DNA of 63,860 nt, the filler included, from Octopus bimaculoides (lineage: Eukaryota), in assembly GCF_001194135.2 (NCBI RefSeq). It is 7 parts of 6 records of this genome, joined end to end, with 100 filler letters (N's around TTAATTAATTAA, not from the genome) between each part and the next. Parts side by side here need not be neighbours in the genome. Positions count along the whole stretch, not along the records: positions 1 to 28,542 come from NC_068988.1; 6 more parts are not named here. One strand, 5' to 3'. Under the pieces are notes generated by a model. That model ran no database searches, was not told where the DNA came from, and was given only the letters and a program-made list of their open reading frames with translations. Shown piece by piece: positions 12,556-25,964 of the stretch (position 1 is its first letter; each line of letters begins with the position of its first letter). A program made the position numbers and the translations under genes.

Positions 12556-13039
12556 GGAAATCAAGATTCAGAACAAATACCAGAAGGTATTTTACCAACA
12601 TTCTACAAAGTCTGCCATTTTGGCCACATGACATATCATATATAACCAAAGTATCATTTATTTATATTCAAAAAAACCTTTTTGAATACTATTTCTTACC
12701 TTAATTGTTTAAATCACTCAAAGCTCTTCTTCCATATATCGGAAAAAATGGCCACACAGACACATACAATAAATCATAAGAAAGATTAAGCACCTGCCAA
12801 ACAAGTTGTCATTGATCAACAAATTCTACAACTGAGTTGTGTCTTTTCTCTCTTGAGTCTGCCATACTTTTTAATTCTGAAATGGCTGAGATTTCAACTG
12901 TCCTTTTCTTTCGCAAACAAATTTTTAACATAATTGTTAGACTAATGGTATTCCTAAAATAACGAAAATACCAAATTGTGCTCTGTCGAGGGAGATCGAA
13001 ATCTAATTTTGATTCCCAGTTGAGCATCTTTTGCTTCAC

Positions 13040-13300
13040 TTAACTCTTTTGACACCAGCCCACCTGAGACTGCTTCCGATTCCGTGATCCAAAAACCGTG
13101 TTTCAAATGTTCACATCTTAAATTAAAGCCATCCATCATAATTTTATGTAAGAACATTTTCTTCAGATATATTCCAAAATCAGCTTTAATAACCAGAAAG
13201 ATGTTTTATTCTAAATCCTTCAATTTCTTGATTATTTTTAAAATTAATTGAAACATATAGGTAGTATAATTTCATTAGAAATATGGTAACAAAAGGTTAA
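13040..13300. mobile_element. piggyBac-like MITE (TTAA-flanked, short TIRs)
   Basis: ttaa-ctcttttgacacc ... ggtaacaaaagg-ttaa. Confidence 0.6.
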
Positions 13301-13649
13301 AGCTGTCGCACTGTTTGGGGGTTCACAAACGCACACACACACATAGAAACACACACACACAGAAAGACACACACACACACACAGAAACACACACACACAT
13401 TACACTATATCATTCCATCTTCTTAATCTGAAGTCTTGTTATTCTATAAGAAATCGATATTCATTTATATTAAAGAATAGAAAACTTTGTTGATTAATAT
13501 GCTGAATAAATTGGTTGGATGTTGTTGTTCAAGTGAGATTCATGGACTTTTCAATCATTATCAACACCACAAATATTATCAACCATTATTATCAATATTC
13601 ACATCACTAGAAACACAACTTTGTTTCAAAATTTCTGATTATAAAGAAA

Positions 13650-13686
<37 letters not shown>

Positions 13687-13714
13687 CGTATATATATATA
13701 TATATATATATATA

Positions 13715-13868
13715 TGGCGTTAGGAAGGGCATCCAGCTGTAGAAACTCTGCCAAATCAGACTGGAGCCTGGTGTTGCCATCCGGTTTCACCAGTCCTCAG
13801 TCAAATCGTCCAACCCATGCTAGCATGGAAAGCGGACGTTAAACGATGATGATGATGATGATGATGAT
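13715..13868 (+). mobile_element. Family B retroposon, young 5'-truncated copy inserted in (TA)n
   Basis: tggcgttaggaagggcatcc..cccatgctagcatggaaagcggacgttaaacg(atg)n; CpGs intact; (TA)n on both sides. Confidence 0.85.
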
Positions 13869-14085
13869 ATATATATATATATATACACATATATATATAC
13901 ATATGTGTGCATAAGGAGGTGCTTTATCCATTCACCAAAGTGAATGGAGCCTTGGCCAGGAGGAACTGATGTCGTCAGGCAATATGCAATGTTCACCGGT
14001 TGTTTCGACCCTGAACCGTAACACCCACCCATTTGTGGGTCAGCAGAGGTGGTCAAGTCACTGCTCTTACATATATATATGTAGA

Positions 14086-14178
14086 TGATGGGCTTCTTTC
14101 AGTTTCTGTCTACCAAATCTACTTGCACGGCTTTGGTTAGCCTGAGTTTATAGCAGAAGACACTCACACAAGGTGGCA
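14086..14178 (-). mobile_element. Family D SINE 3' part
   Basis: gggcttctttcagtttctgtctaccaaatc..gaagacact; weakly related to 62490-62652; assignment partly from recollection. Confidence 0.45.
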
Positions 14179-14199
14179 TATAATTATATATATATACAG

Positions 14200-14235
<36 letters not shown>

Positions 14236-14237
14236 CC

Positions 14238-14264
<27 letters not shown>

Positions 14265-14268
<4 letters not shown>

Positions 14269-14545
14269 TGATTAACGTCTGCTTCCCATGCTGGTATGGG
14301 TTGGACGGTTTGACTGAGGACTGGAGAGCCAGCAGCTGTACCAGGCTCCAATCTGGTCTGGCAGAGCTCTTACAGCTGGATGCCCTTCCTAATGCCAACC
14401 ACCCCGAGAGTATAGTGAGTACTTTTTATGTGCCACCAGCACAGGATCCAGCAAGGTGGGCCTGGTAATGATCGCGTTTGGATGGTGCTTTTTATGTGCC
14501 ACCAGAATAGGAGCCAGTCAGGGTGTACTGGCATTGTTCACAATC
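14265..14545 (-). mobile_element. Family B retroposon, older copy
   Basis: aacgtctgcttcccatgctggtatgggttggacg..ctggatgcccttcctaatgccaacc. Confidence 0.8.
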
Positions 14546-14929
14546 AGTTGGTGCTTATTCCCTTATATTTTCCAGCATTAAGATAAAAGCAGTCAAAAAT
14601 ATCAATAAAGGTATAGCAAAAAAAAGCCCAAGTTAATGTGTCTTTACAAAAGTTGTTGCTTCTTTTCTTCTTCTTCTTTTGCGTACCAGTTCAAGTATTT
14701 CCTGAAGAGAAAATTTCATCAGCTTAAATCAGTTTTCATGAGAAAGAATCTAATTATCTTTGGTATACCTCTCCTCTTTTTCTCTCCTCATTTTTTCATT
14801 TGACCCTTTGAACTAATACAAAATTTCTGCAGCCACCAAATACTTACTGAAGTTATTTGCTCCAAGACAAAAGGCAAGAAACAGAGTGTTCAGCGGGGTG
14901 TTCCTTCACCTCCCCTCCTCCTTCTGTGA

Positions 14930-15245
14930 ACACTGGTGTCTTAATGGTTAGGCTATCTGGTTCATGATCATAAGGTCACGAGTTAAATTTGTGACAGTAC
15001 ATTGTGTTCTTGAGCAAGACACTTTATTCCACATTGTTCTAGTCCATTTCAGCTGGCAAAAATGAGTCATACCTGTATTTCAAAGGGTCCAGCCTTGTCA
15101 CATTCTGTGTCTTACTGAATCTGCCTGAGAACTATGTTAAAGATGTGCCTGTCTGTGGACTACTCAGCCACTTACACATTAATTTCATGAGCAGGCTATT
15201 CCATTGATCGGATCACCTAGAAGCCTCATCATCACAAATGACAGA
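14930..15245 (+). mobile_element. Family C (CORE-type) SINE, full length, CpG-decayed
   Basis: ttgagcaagacactttattccacattgttctagtcc..; aligns over ~300 bp with reverse complement of 61343-61673. Confidence 0.85.
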
Positions 15246-17089
15246 TTAGCAGGTTACCTCTCCTTGAGATATTAACAGACTTGAATAATTAAAGTTATTC
15301 TGCTCACCTCATTAAGACATCTTAACACTTAACTAAATTACAAATGAGCTGAGTTTAATTTTTGGGGGTCTTCAGTGTATGTTTAGCAGCTAAATAGATT
15401 TGTGATATGCATTTCATATATTTTAGATGTCGTTTTGTCTTTATTCTTTGATCTTATCTCTTGTAATTTTTGTCTTTCATCTGAAATGTCAGTTTTCGTG
15501 GAAAGCACTGAGTACACGGCCGAGTTTCTTGAAATGTTAGCTTTTTTGCTTAAAAAATATTTAAAGGATTTCACTCTTGTTCCTAGTTTTGTTATCTGGC
15601 ATATTGCGCAATTATTATATGGATTCCTTTTAAAGAAAATTGATACCAATCTGACTTTAAGACAAGCATTTGATGTTTAAGAGAAAACAAAGAAATATAA
15701 ATCGTACTCCATGCATTTCAAAAACAAAACTGAAGCGAACAATTTCAGCTTTTTTTGTTTAGTAAGACACAGAATAAATAAAAGCTACATGTACACACAA
15801 ACACACACACAAAAACACAAACACACACACAAAAACACACACACAGACACACAAAAACACACACACATACACACAAACACACACAAAAACACAAACACCC
15901 ACAAACACACTAACACACACACAAACACACACACACAAACACGCACACACACACACACACACATACAAACACACACACACACTCAGTGTATACATATACA
16001 TTCATGCAATGCTTACACATGCATACATACACACGTATACACCCTCATGCATATACAGATGCAAACACACACACATACACACATATGCACATTAATACAT
16101 GCATACATATATACCTATATAGATGCACACACACACATATAGTGTATACATATACATTCAGGCAATGCTCACAGACACACACACACACACACACATACAT
16201 GCATGTATGTAAAAGCTAATTTTATTGGTTGCTATTTTAGAGGAATTTTAAAACTGAAAGCTGAGCATTTACCGATGAAACCAGTAACTCAAAACTAATC
16301 CTATCTTTACTACCACCATCACCACAACACCCACAATGTCACCACCTTTACAACTATTTTACAGCCACACCACCAGCAACACCACCACCACCATCACTAC
16401 TACTACTGCTACTAATCCTCATCCCACCATCACTGCTACCCCACCCCCCGTACAGCCAGCCATTACCGACAACTAAGTATGGTTTGGTAACATCATCATC
16501 ATCATCATCGGTTAACGTCCATTTTCCATGCTGGCATGGGTTGGACTGGGCTGAACTAGCACTAAACAGCAACAAACACAGCTCAGAGAAACGAGTCATT
16601 AATAATTAAGTTTCTTTGCCATGCACACAGTTGACTACCATTGGCAGGATTTGAGCCTGTGATCCGGTGCATTGCCTCATTGTTCACATTTCACAATCAC
16701 ATCAGCTAAGCCAGAAATAAAGAGATTTTTACAGAAATTTCAGCCCAAGACTTATCTCTATTCTTCATATCCCATATGAAAATGTCCTTTTATATATGTG
16801 ATAACTCGGCTTGTCAGTTGAATAATATCTCTCCCATGGGAAGTAAAATGACAGCCGGCTCAAGTTTTCTATCAATACATTGTCAGAGATGAGAAGAACA
16901 CAAATGCATCAAATATGTGTGTGTGTGTGTGTATATAGGTACCATTGTGTGTATGTGCTTCTCACTGCATATATTAGTATGGAAGGGTTGCATGATAGTT
17001 TAAACAAAAAAACAATAGGGTGTGACTCCACTTTGAAATCTCCCAATAATTTTACTTTCATTTTCTGTCAATATTATTTCAGGAGATTT

Positions 17090-17120
<31 letters not shown>

Positions 17121-18257
17121 GCATGTACATATGCATATATATAATATATATATATATATGCATGCATATATATATATACATGCATATATATATATATACA
17201 TATATATGCATGTATATACATGTACATATATATATAACCATGTGGGGAAACAAATATTCAATAGATTTGCATTGTATCATGCACGTCATCATTGTTGTTG
17301 TTCTCAAACAGCGTCATCAGCGTCATCACCCCTCCCCTCTCCACTGCTGTTATCTTCTCCAACACCATCACAAGCACCATCAATATCACCACCACCACCA
17401 CCACCACCACCACTGCCACCACCACCACCATCCTAGTTTTACGTCCACTTTCCCATTCTGGCCGAGGTTGGATGAATTTCCAAAGACCAAGTCAGCCTTT
17501 ATTGAAAGTGCTGCCATCCAGAGATGTGTGTCTGTGTAACGTACATATATTTGTCTTCATGGTTGTATTTGTCCACTCACCACCATTTGATGTTCAGTGT
17601 TGGTTTGTTTATATCCTTGCAATTTAGCTCATTATTAACAGAGACTGAAAGAAGAAATACCAAACCTACAAAAGAGGAACTGCGGTTGATTCATTTGACT
17701 AAATCCTCCAAGGGACGCCCACAGCATGGCTGCTGCCCAATGACTGTAACAAGTACGTGTGTGTGTGTGTGTGTGTGTGTGTGATAATGTCTATGTGTGA
17801 ATTTAATGCTGAAGAGTCTATAGGCTTTGACCTAAAATTTCCTGCAGTACATTTGTTGTATATATCAACATTATGTAAAAGACAACTAATCCCCAGTTTG
17901 AGAGTTCAAATACTAGTGAAGCCGTTTCTGGGGAGGATAAGATATTGTATTATTTTGTATTATTTTGCTGCTGTGTATATCTGGTCCATAGAAGTGACAT
18001 CACGAAAGCAAGGCTTAATCACCAGGGGCTCACTCTACCCCTGGACATTAACCTGATTATTTCTATGTCCCATCACTCATAATCTAGTTGACCCATAACT
18101 GGAACCCTGGCAAGTATTAGTACTCCTAGTCAGAGCAGACCTGGAAAAGGCAGCGTCTAAGAGGTGATTCCATGCTCTTTAAAAGCCAGGAATGCCTGAA
18201 CCAGAGGCCCACCACTAGATGCAGTTCAAAGTCATATCTAGGACATATGTATATACA

Positions 18258-18470
18258 GGCAGTGAGCTGGCAGACTCATTAACACACTGAGCCAAAGGCT
18301 CAGCAGAATTTCACTTGTTACATACTGAGTCCAAATGTTGCTGAGACGAACTTTACCTTTCATCCTTTTAAGGTCGATAAAATAAGTACCAGTTGAGTGC
18401 TGGGGTCGATAAAATCAAGTAGACTCCCTCCCCAATAACTACAGGCCTTGTGCCTATAGTAGAAAGCTTA
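18258..18470 (+). mobile_element. Family A SINE
   Basis: gagctggcagactcattaac..cctttcatcc..aggtcgataaaataagtaccag. Confidence 0.8.
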
Positions 18471-18643
18471 TATATATATTGATAGGAAGGACAACAAAAG
18501 AAAGAAAGAGACTTCGATATTATGTAAATAGAAGAATTTATCTGTAAAAATATGTGACACTTATTTGGTAGCCATGATAAAACTCTGAGTTTCAGATGCC
18601 AGGGTGGGAGCTCACGCTAACATTCTTCAGTTATCCGACCATT

Positions 18644-18685
<42 letters not shown>

Positions 18686-18689
<4 letters not shown>

Positions 18690-18938
18690 GCAGAGTTTCT
18701 ACAGCTGGATGCCCTTCCTAACGCCAACCACTCAGAGAGTGTAGTGGGTGCTTTTACGTGTCACCCGCACGAAAACGGCCACGCTCGAAATGGTGTCTTT
18801 TATGTGCCACCCGCACAAGCCAGTCCAGGGGCACTGGAGCCTGGTGTTGCCATCCGGTTTCACCAGTCCTCAGTCAAATCGTCCAACCCATGCTAGCATG
18901 GAAAGCGGACGTTAAACGATGATGATGATGATGATGAT
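18686..18938 (+). mobile_element. Family B retroposon with inverted 5' segment, inserted in (TA)n
   Basis: 18686-18832 antisense, 18833-18938 sense and identical to 13760-13868. Confidence 0.85.
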
Positions 18939-20200
18939 ATATATATGTACGCACACACATATTTATATATTATAGTAAGATAGAGTTAAATATAAGTTTA
19001 AGATGTGTGAAAAGATGTTGTAAAATTTGAGTTGAAAAAGCAATTTGCTGCTGCAGCTGCTGTTGCTGTTGCTGTTATGTATGAAAACATCCTGAATATA
19101 TCTGCATTATAATTAAGATAGAAAACATATGAAGTTGAACGTATAAGAATTAAGCAGTTTGAAGTTGAAGAAAATAGAAAACAAAACAAGGTAAAAAGAA
19201 AACTTCAACGACAAAACTTGTATATTTTCCCAGCAATCTTAATATAATAGTGATGGTAGTTATTGAAGGGAAATAAATAATTTGTTGTAGAACATAAAAT
19301 TGAATTAAGAGATATTTTATTGACAAAAATGAAAGACAAAATAAAAGAATATATACCATACACTTCAAAATATCTATAAAGTCCGAGAAATTCAAATTTG
19401 TATTCCAGTGGTGTTCCAACACAAAGATAAATTCCTTTTTCCTTTCTTTCTGTTTCGTTTTTGCTTTTGTTTTTACTTTTGTTTTTGTTCTTATTTTTGT
19501 TTTTTTCTGCTTTGATTGATTTTCACAGATATGAAATGAACCAGTTACTATATTGTGTTTGACTAACGAGTGATTTTTTTAACATTTTTTTTTTCTGTAA
19601 GAACAGCCAGATATATTTGAGTAGACTGTATAATAATTTGTTGTATTCCAGTCTGTTAGATTTGCAGCTAAATCAGATGACATTATGCTGGATTATAAAC
19701 AGAAGAATTGACAGTTCAAATCTTCAGCTTGGAGTGCTGCCCCCAACATTAGGTCAATTTACTAAAATTCTCACTGTGGATATATCCAAAATTTGGCCCA
19801 ATGGTAGCAAACAGATAAGATATATTATACATGACCTATAAGATAAAATTTAGTCAATCACAGCTAATATTTCCTTATAAGTAAGCATCTGTTCTTTGTA
19901 AGTAAGTGGCCTGAGAGGATTTTGGATTTAAATGCTTTGATCAAATATATAAAGGAAAAACCTTCAGGTGGATTTGAACTTGTTATGTTTGAATTAGAAG
20001 TCTAATACCCTAAAATGCCAGCTATTTCACTTTTCCAACTGCTACTAAAGCCATCCTGCTATTTCTCTGAGATACCAATAAGAGAAAATGAGGGGATAAC
20101 TCACAGCTGTAAGGATCTCTATCCTCCTTTTGCATGTACAGCTTGGAAGATCAAACTGTTTTATCCTTCATGCACAACTTGAACACAAAATAGTCTGTAA

Positions 20201-20560
20201 ATAACAGATCATTCCCTGATGACTTTACAAATCAATCTTTAATAACCTCACAAATCATTCACTAATGACATTACAAACTATTCCCTAATGACCTTGCAGA
20301 TTATTTTCTAATTATCTTACAAATCATTCCCTAATGACCTTACAGGATATTCCCTAATGACTTTACAGACCATTCACTAATGACCTTACAGGTTATTCCC
20401 TAATGACTTAACAGATCATTCCCTAATGATTTCTTAATGTCTTTGCTAATTATTCCCTAATGTCTTTACAGATTATTCCCTAATGATCTTACAGGTTATT
20501 CCCTAATGTCCTTACAGATCATATCCTAATGTCTTTACAGATTATTCCTAATGACCTTAC
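20201..20560. repeat. 23-bp minisatellite, ~15 degenerate units (consensus ttacagattattccctaatgacc)
   Basis: Direct reading of tandem units. Confidence 0.9.
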
Positions 20561-23500
20561 GACCCAATAATGACTGGATGACTGGATAAGACATTTAACT
20601 ATTGGATTTTGTTTATATTTTTCTCAGATATTGAACCTAAAATACATGTTTTTTAAAATAGAATGGCAGAGTGAAGAAATTATAACAAATATAAATGCTT
20701 GATAAGCAGTGTTGGATTATTAATGCTGGCTCTTAACTCTAGTTTATGAACTTTGAACAAAATGCCGGTCTATCATGGAGGGTGGGAGGCATTTAAGATG
20801 AATTACCTTCCCCTCAAATCCTGCTAAACTGAACTGGATACAATTAAATCCTAAATAAAATCCTAAATGTACCATGCCGTATCTACAGAGGATTTGAACT
20901 CCTGACATCTGAATTTATAATTCAGTCACCTATCCATTATTTTTCACTTCTTATGATAACTTATTGGTCTACTAGCTTCCTACCTGTGAAATTATATTTT
21001 CCGCTGGTGGTCTCTTATATCTTTCAGCAGAATACTTTATTTTCTATAATATACCTGGCAGAAATACGTTACAGATCTTTTGGGACTGTTATATATACTG
21101 CAGTATACAGACATGTTGTACAGAGGAATATTCATCTATCATCTCTTATCTATTTAACTTTAGTGACCTAGGGCTAAGCACCACTTCGTGGGCTTCTGTA
21201 ATTTGTCAGATCCAGATACATTCTGAATGTTAAATGAAGTAGATATGGGGCTCTTTAAACGAGACGATTAATCTGAACTTAAAATTCTTCTCTTCTGTAA
21301 TCTTGTCCTAACACAGAAGATGTAAACATACAGGAAAAGAAGAAGGAGAGGAATCTAATGTAAGGTTAGAGTTTATATTAATTTATTGCATTATAGACAA
21401 ATATATCCTATCTTCGTTTGACCTGGGGTCTCCATTAATTCAATGAGAGTTGTAATTCCCAAGATAACCTGGTAGTATTCATGGCTAATCCCTATACATA
21501 ATCCTGTTGAGTGCCTTTTGAACGTATTAAATACCCAGACTTACTGGCTAACCTGCATTTCATTCCCTAGGCAACTGAGCATATTATCGTAAATTAACTA
21601 TATCTTAGCATGGCTTATTGCATATTTATACGCGAATCTCTCCTGCATGTGTGTGTGTGTGTGCGTGCGCGCGCACGTTCGTGTGTTTGTGTCTGTGTGT
21701 CTGTGTGCGTGTATTCATGAGCATTGATGTACACTGCAAGAGAGGCTGACTAGTGACTGAACTATTCAAAATATTATTTAATAACAAGAAATTGAAGAAG
21801 AATGGTATAGAATAGAAAATCCTAAAATAAATTAATTTCAGTCTTCATATTAAATTGAACAGATGAATCTAGCTTTGTTCATTTTAAATATGTCATCAAT
21901 TGAAAATTTATTAAGTTTAATAAAGAAATACAAGTAATTCTTTCTTTATTCTTTAGTCTTGTTGTATAGATGCTGCATGAAGACGTGTGCGATAATACCA
22001 CCTTGTAAGATATTACAGAAAATGCTATATCTCTGCATGAATGGAGCTACCAATATGTCATGGTACCTACATTGCTGTAAAAATATTGAATTTCTTAGTT
22101 TTACTATGTCTTCTATTGTTTCTTCTTTTATAACTGTTTAATTTCCAAAGGAAAATAATTTATATCAAAAATAGATTAAATTCAATAAAAATGTAAGCAA
22201 AAGATTTGGAAACTAAATTTAATTTGCCATTTGATAAATGCTGACATATTCTCCAAGGTATTTCATCATTCACATCTCTCTACAGAGATTCTAATTTGAG
22301 ACAAGATTTATTGCTTTATAATGTATTCTTTTTGTTCCCTTCTTTTGTATTTTTCACCATAATTTTTCCAAATTCCATTGTCTGTATTTTCTGATTTAAA
22401 ACATCTTTATTCCTGCCTTCAGGATTTTGATATTACTTGCAAACTTTTTCAACAGGCTCTCTTTATCATTGACTTATCTCTGTCTGTAATCTTTTCATTC
22501 AGATCAAATATATCTCATAAACGATGCCAATATAATACTTATAACACATTTTACAACACAATTTTACTATTAATCAAGACGATGAGTCACTAGTTTGGCC
22601 TCAAAGGTCATTCACATTTTGAGTCTCTCCTGGTATTTTGAAGCCAAATCTTTAATTTAAAAAAAAATTCATATAATGCTTTTGAATGTTCAATAATCTG
22701 ATTTTTTTATTTTTTACACTGTTTTAGGATACTAACATTGATTGATTAGATTATTGATTATCTGATTGTTCAGTTGGCAAGAATTGTATCTTTCTGTCAA
22801 TATGATACATGTTCTCCCAGGGTTTGGAATGAGAAATTTTATCCACTTTCGTTGAGTGACATAGTAATATCACAACTTTAATCCTCAACCCATCTGTTTA
22901 GGATCCACCTTGACAATAATTCCTCTCAATATAGAAAGTTTGCACTGAGGCTACTCACATAAAAATTTTCTTCTTTTCCTTGGACAAGAAGAAGAAAGAT
23001 ATTTGACTAGTTTGGATAATAGTTTCGGTTTTTAACACTTCAAAGAGCTGCAACTTGTTTTACTGCATCCCAAACTCCCTGAGCCAAATCTCAATCTACT
23101 TTGATGATTCTGACCTGTATTTAATTTGAAGTTAAAAATTCTTTGTGATTTCAACTGCCATAACTGATTTCAAAGGATATACAAGAGATTGTAACAATAC
23201 AGATTAAAGAGACAGAAAAAAAAATTTTTTTTTATCTCTTTATCCACACTAATCTGGCCAAACGCAAAGGCTAACATGTCGGATATCAACCTACATCAAA
23301 TAGTTTACTTCACACTCTCATCCTTCACTGGTTTATTGACTATCTAAGGGGTTCTCAACACCTCGTCCACTTTATCAATACCTGTTTATAATTAGAGTCA
23401 CAATGCCACGTATATTCACATGCAAAGTGGTACTTTAAGAAAGCTGTGTGTTTACTCTGCCTATCTCAATGTCTTGGGTTCATATTTGAAATGTTCCTTC

Positions 23501-24828
23501 AACGAAAATATCAATGGTTTTCAAGCAGTGACTTTCGTTTCTAATCTTCCTGTGTAACATTGTCCAGTTAGGGGTAAATACCACTTTATTTGGAAACAGG
23601 AACCACATAGTTTGTATTTATTTACACTCAATACATCTTCTCAGATCTTTTGGAGTCACGGTGCTACCATTCTTCAGTGGATTAATTACAAATATTTAAA
23701 AAAAGACATAAAAAGAAAATGTTCAGTTTGATTATTTTTCTGACAATTTCTCAAGTTAACTAAATTTATTGTGCCAAAAAATACAATATTGTAATTGTTA
23801 ATGAAATTATGTAATTTTTTTTACATAAAAGATGAAATTTCTGCTTTACTTCTTATTTGGATATATGTAGAGAACTTACAGATAAGAAAAAAAACAAAAC
23901 AAAAATACAAAACAAAGGAGCAAAAACAAATCAAAGCCTAAAATGGAATACGATGATGTAATGTTTCCATTTCGAGTATATTACAAGCCAACAAAAGGCA
24001 TCACCAGTCTGAAAAATATTCTTCGTAAACAAAATGTTAATAACTTCATAATAAGGAATATTAAATTATTATTATGCACCATATTGAAAAAGGTTGGAAT
24101 GCAATATTTTCAGTGTATAATGGTATATTTAATCATTTCAGATATCAAGATTCTCAAGCAAATCAGTGCAGTAGTTCTTGGATTTTTTATAGATTAGCTG
24201 CTATTCTACAAAAATAGCCCAAGTTTTTCATCAATATTGAAATATTCCAGTACAGCCAACATTTATTTCCAAACATTCTTCTTAACCAATTTCAAAAGTG
24301 CTGCCTACATTTTTCTGATTACGTGTAATATATTCAGTTCTCAGAATTTAATTATGCAAGTTTTAAATCTAAACTTCATTTTATCAATTTTAGTTTGTTA
24401 CTAACTTCTGCTTGTAAAGTTACTATTAAATATAATGTTTTATTTATTACAATTTAATTGTCCATCAACTAAATATTAGCACATGAAGCAGAGTTAGATT
24501 GTCAGATAAGTACGGTTCACCAAGAAATAAAAGGAATATAAAGAAATGTGATAAGTAGAAGACAGAAGTGGATAGAATGGAAGTTCACCATAAAAAATTT
24601 AAGTTGTCGATTAAGAAAATTGTATAAGAAAAAAGGAAGAAGAGAATGAGAGAGAAATTGAAGAGAGAGATAAAAGAAGTAAGCATAAGACACACATATT
24701 ATTGTATATACTAATTCCATACACCAACAATATTATGGAATTTTATTAGATTATATATGTGATTATAGCGCCAGTCATTGTTTATCTGAAACAACTGTAA
24801 TGATGTGACTATTATATAATTCGTTTGT

Positions 24829-25860
24829 TTACAAGGTTTGGTTGAAAAGATCAAAGGCTGACCAAGATACTCTCATGGAATGTGACCAAATGAGGTTTAT
24901 TTTTCAATATAGTTCCCCTTGTGATCCACACACTTCTTCCATCATTGTTGCAGTGCTTGAATCCCATTGGTGAACAAGCTTTCGTCTAATTGGTCAAAAA
25001 AGTCATCACCAACAGATATCACATCATTATCACTGCGATACTGGTTCCCAGCCAAGTGTCTTTTCATTTTGGGAAATATATGATAGTTAGAGGGGGCCAA
25101 ATCAGGAGAATAAGAATGTGATTAACCAGTTCAAACCCACAATCGTGCACAGAAGCTATTGAAATGAAGGACTTCTGTGCTAGAGCAATGTTCTGATGAA
25201 ACAAAATGCTTTTCATCAGTTTTCCTGGCCGTTTACTCTTGTTAGCCTACCATAACTGCCTCAGCAAGTTGGCATAGTACTCTCCACTGTTGCTGTGGTC
25301 CTTTTCAATAAACACAATGCCTTTTGCATCCCCAAAAGCTGAGGCCATAAATTTCCTTGCAGATGAAACAGCCTTGGCTTTTTTTGGTGCAGGTGAGGTG
25401 TTTCCACTGCATGGATTGTCTCTTTGTCTCTGGCTGAAAGTGATGAAGCCAACACTCATCCTGGCTTAAGAAACGTTCAAAGAAACCAGATGGATCTGCC
25501 TCAAACAATGTCAGATTTTCTTGTGATGGGATTCAGTCTGGTGTGCTTTTGATCAGGTGTCAGAAGATGTGGCCCCCACTGAGCAGAAATGCTCATCATG
25601 TCAAATTCATCATGCAGAATATTCTCAACTCTCTCATGGGAAATGCTGATAGCATTGGTTATTTGATTTACAGTGAATTGCCTGTCATCTCTTACCATGT
25701 GGTGAACACAATCAATGTTTTCTTTGGTGGTGGTAGTTGCAAGACGTCCAGATCTTGGGTCATCGTCAGGACCCTCCCTTCCTCTCCTTAATTCAACTGC
25801 CCACTTCTGTGCACTTGAGGTGAAATAGTTCTGACTTAGTGTTGTGATGTAATGCAAACA
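24829..25860 (-). mobile_element. mariner (DD34D-type) transposase remnant with one terminus
   Basis: Frameshifted motifs DDPRSGR, WGPHLLT (WVPHLL), QDECWLHHFQPETKRQSMQWK, SPDLAPSNYHIFPKMK; terminus-like tacaagg..ttgaaaag at 24829. Confidence 0.88.
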
Positions 25861-25964
25861 TTATTTTTGTAGAGGATGGAGGAGGGAATAAAGATTGAGT
25901 TTCTGTAGATGATCCTATTGAGTAAAGACTTGTGATCAATCACTGGGTTGCTTCAATTTTTATA

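Noticed and set aside
14690-14762. Splice-like signals on both strands around 14.7 kb
   Set aside because: Several mutually exclusive readings in a CTT-rich tract; cannot be separated from chance.
20201-20560. CRISPR or interstitial telomere interpretation
   Set aside because: Contiguous 23-bp units without spacers; the hexamers are not tandem.
19955-20935. tRNA-like A/B-box segments on the minus strand (~19960-20015, ~20885-20940)
   Set aside because: No cloverleaf can be built; more likely decayed SINE heads than tRNA genes.
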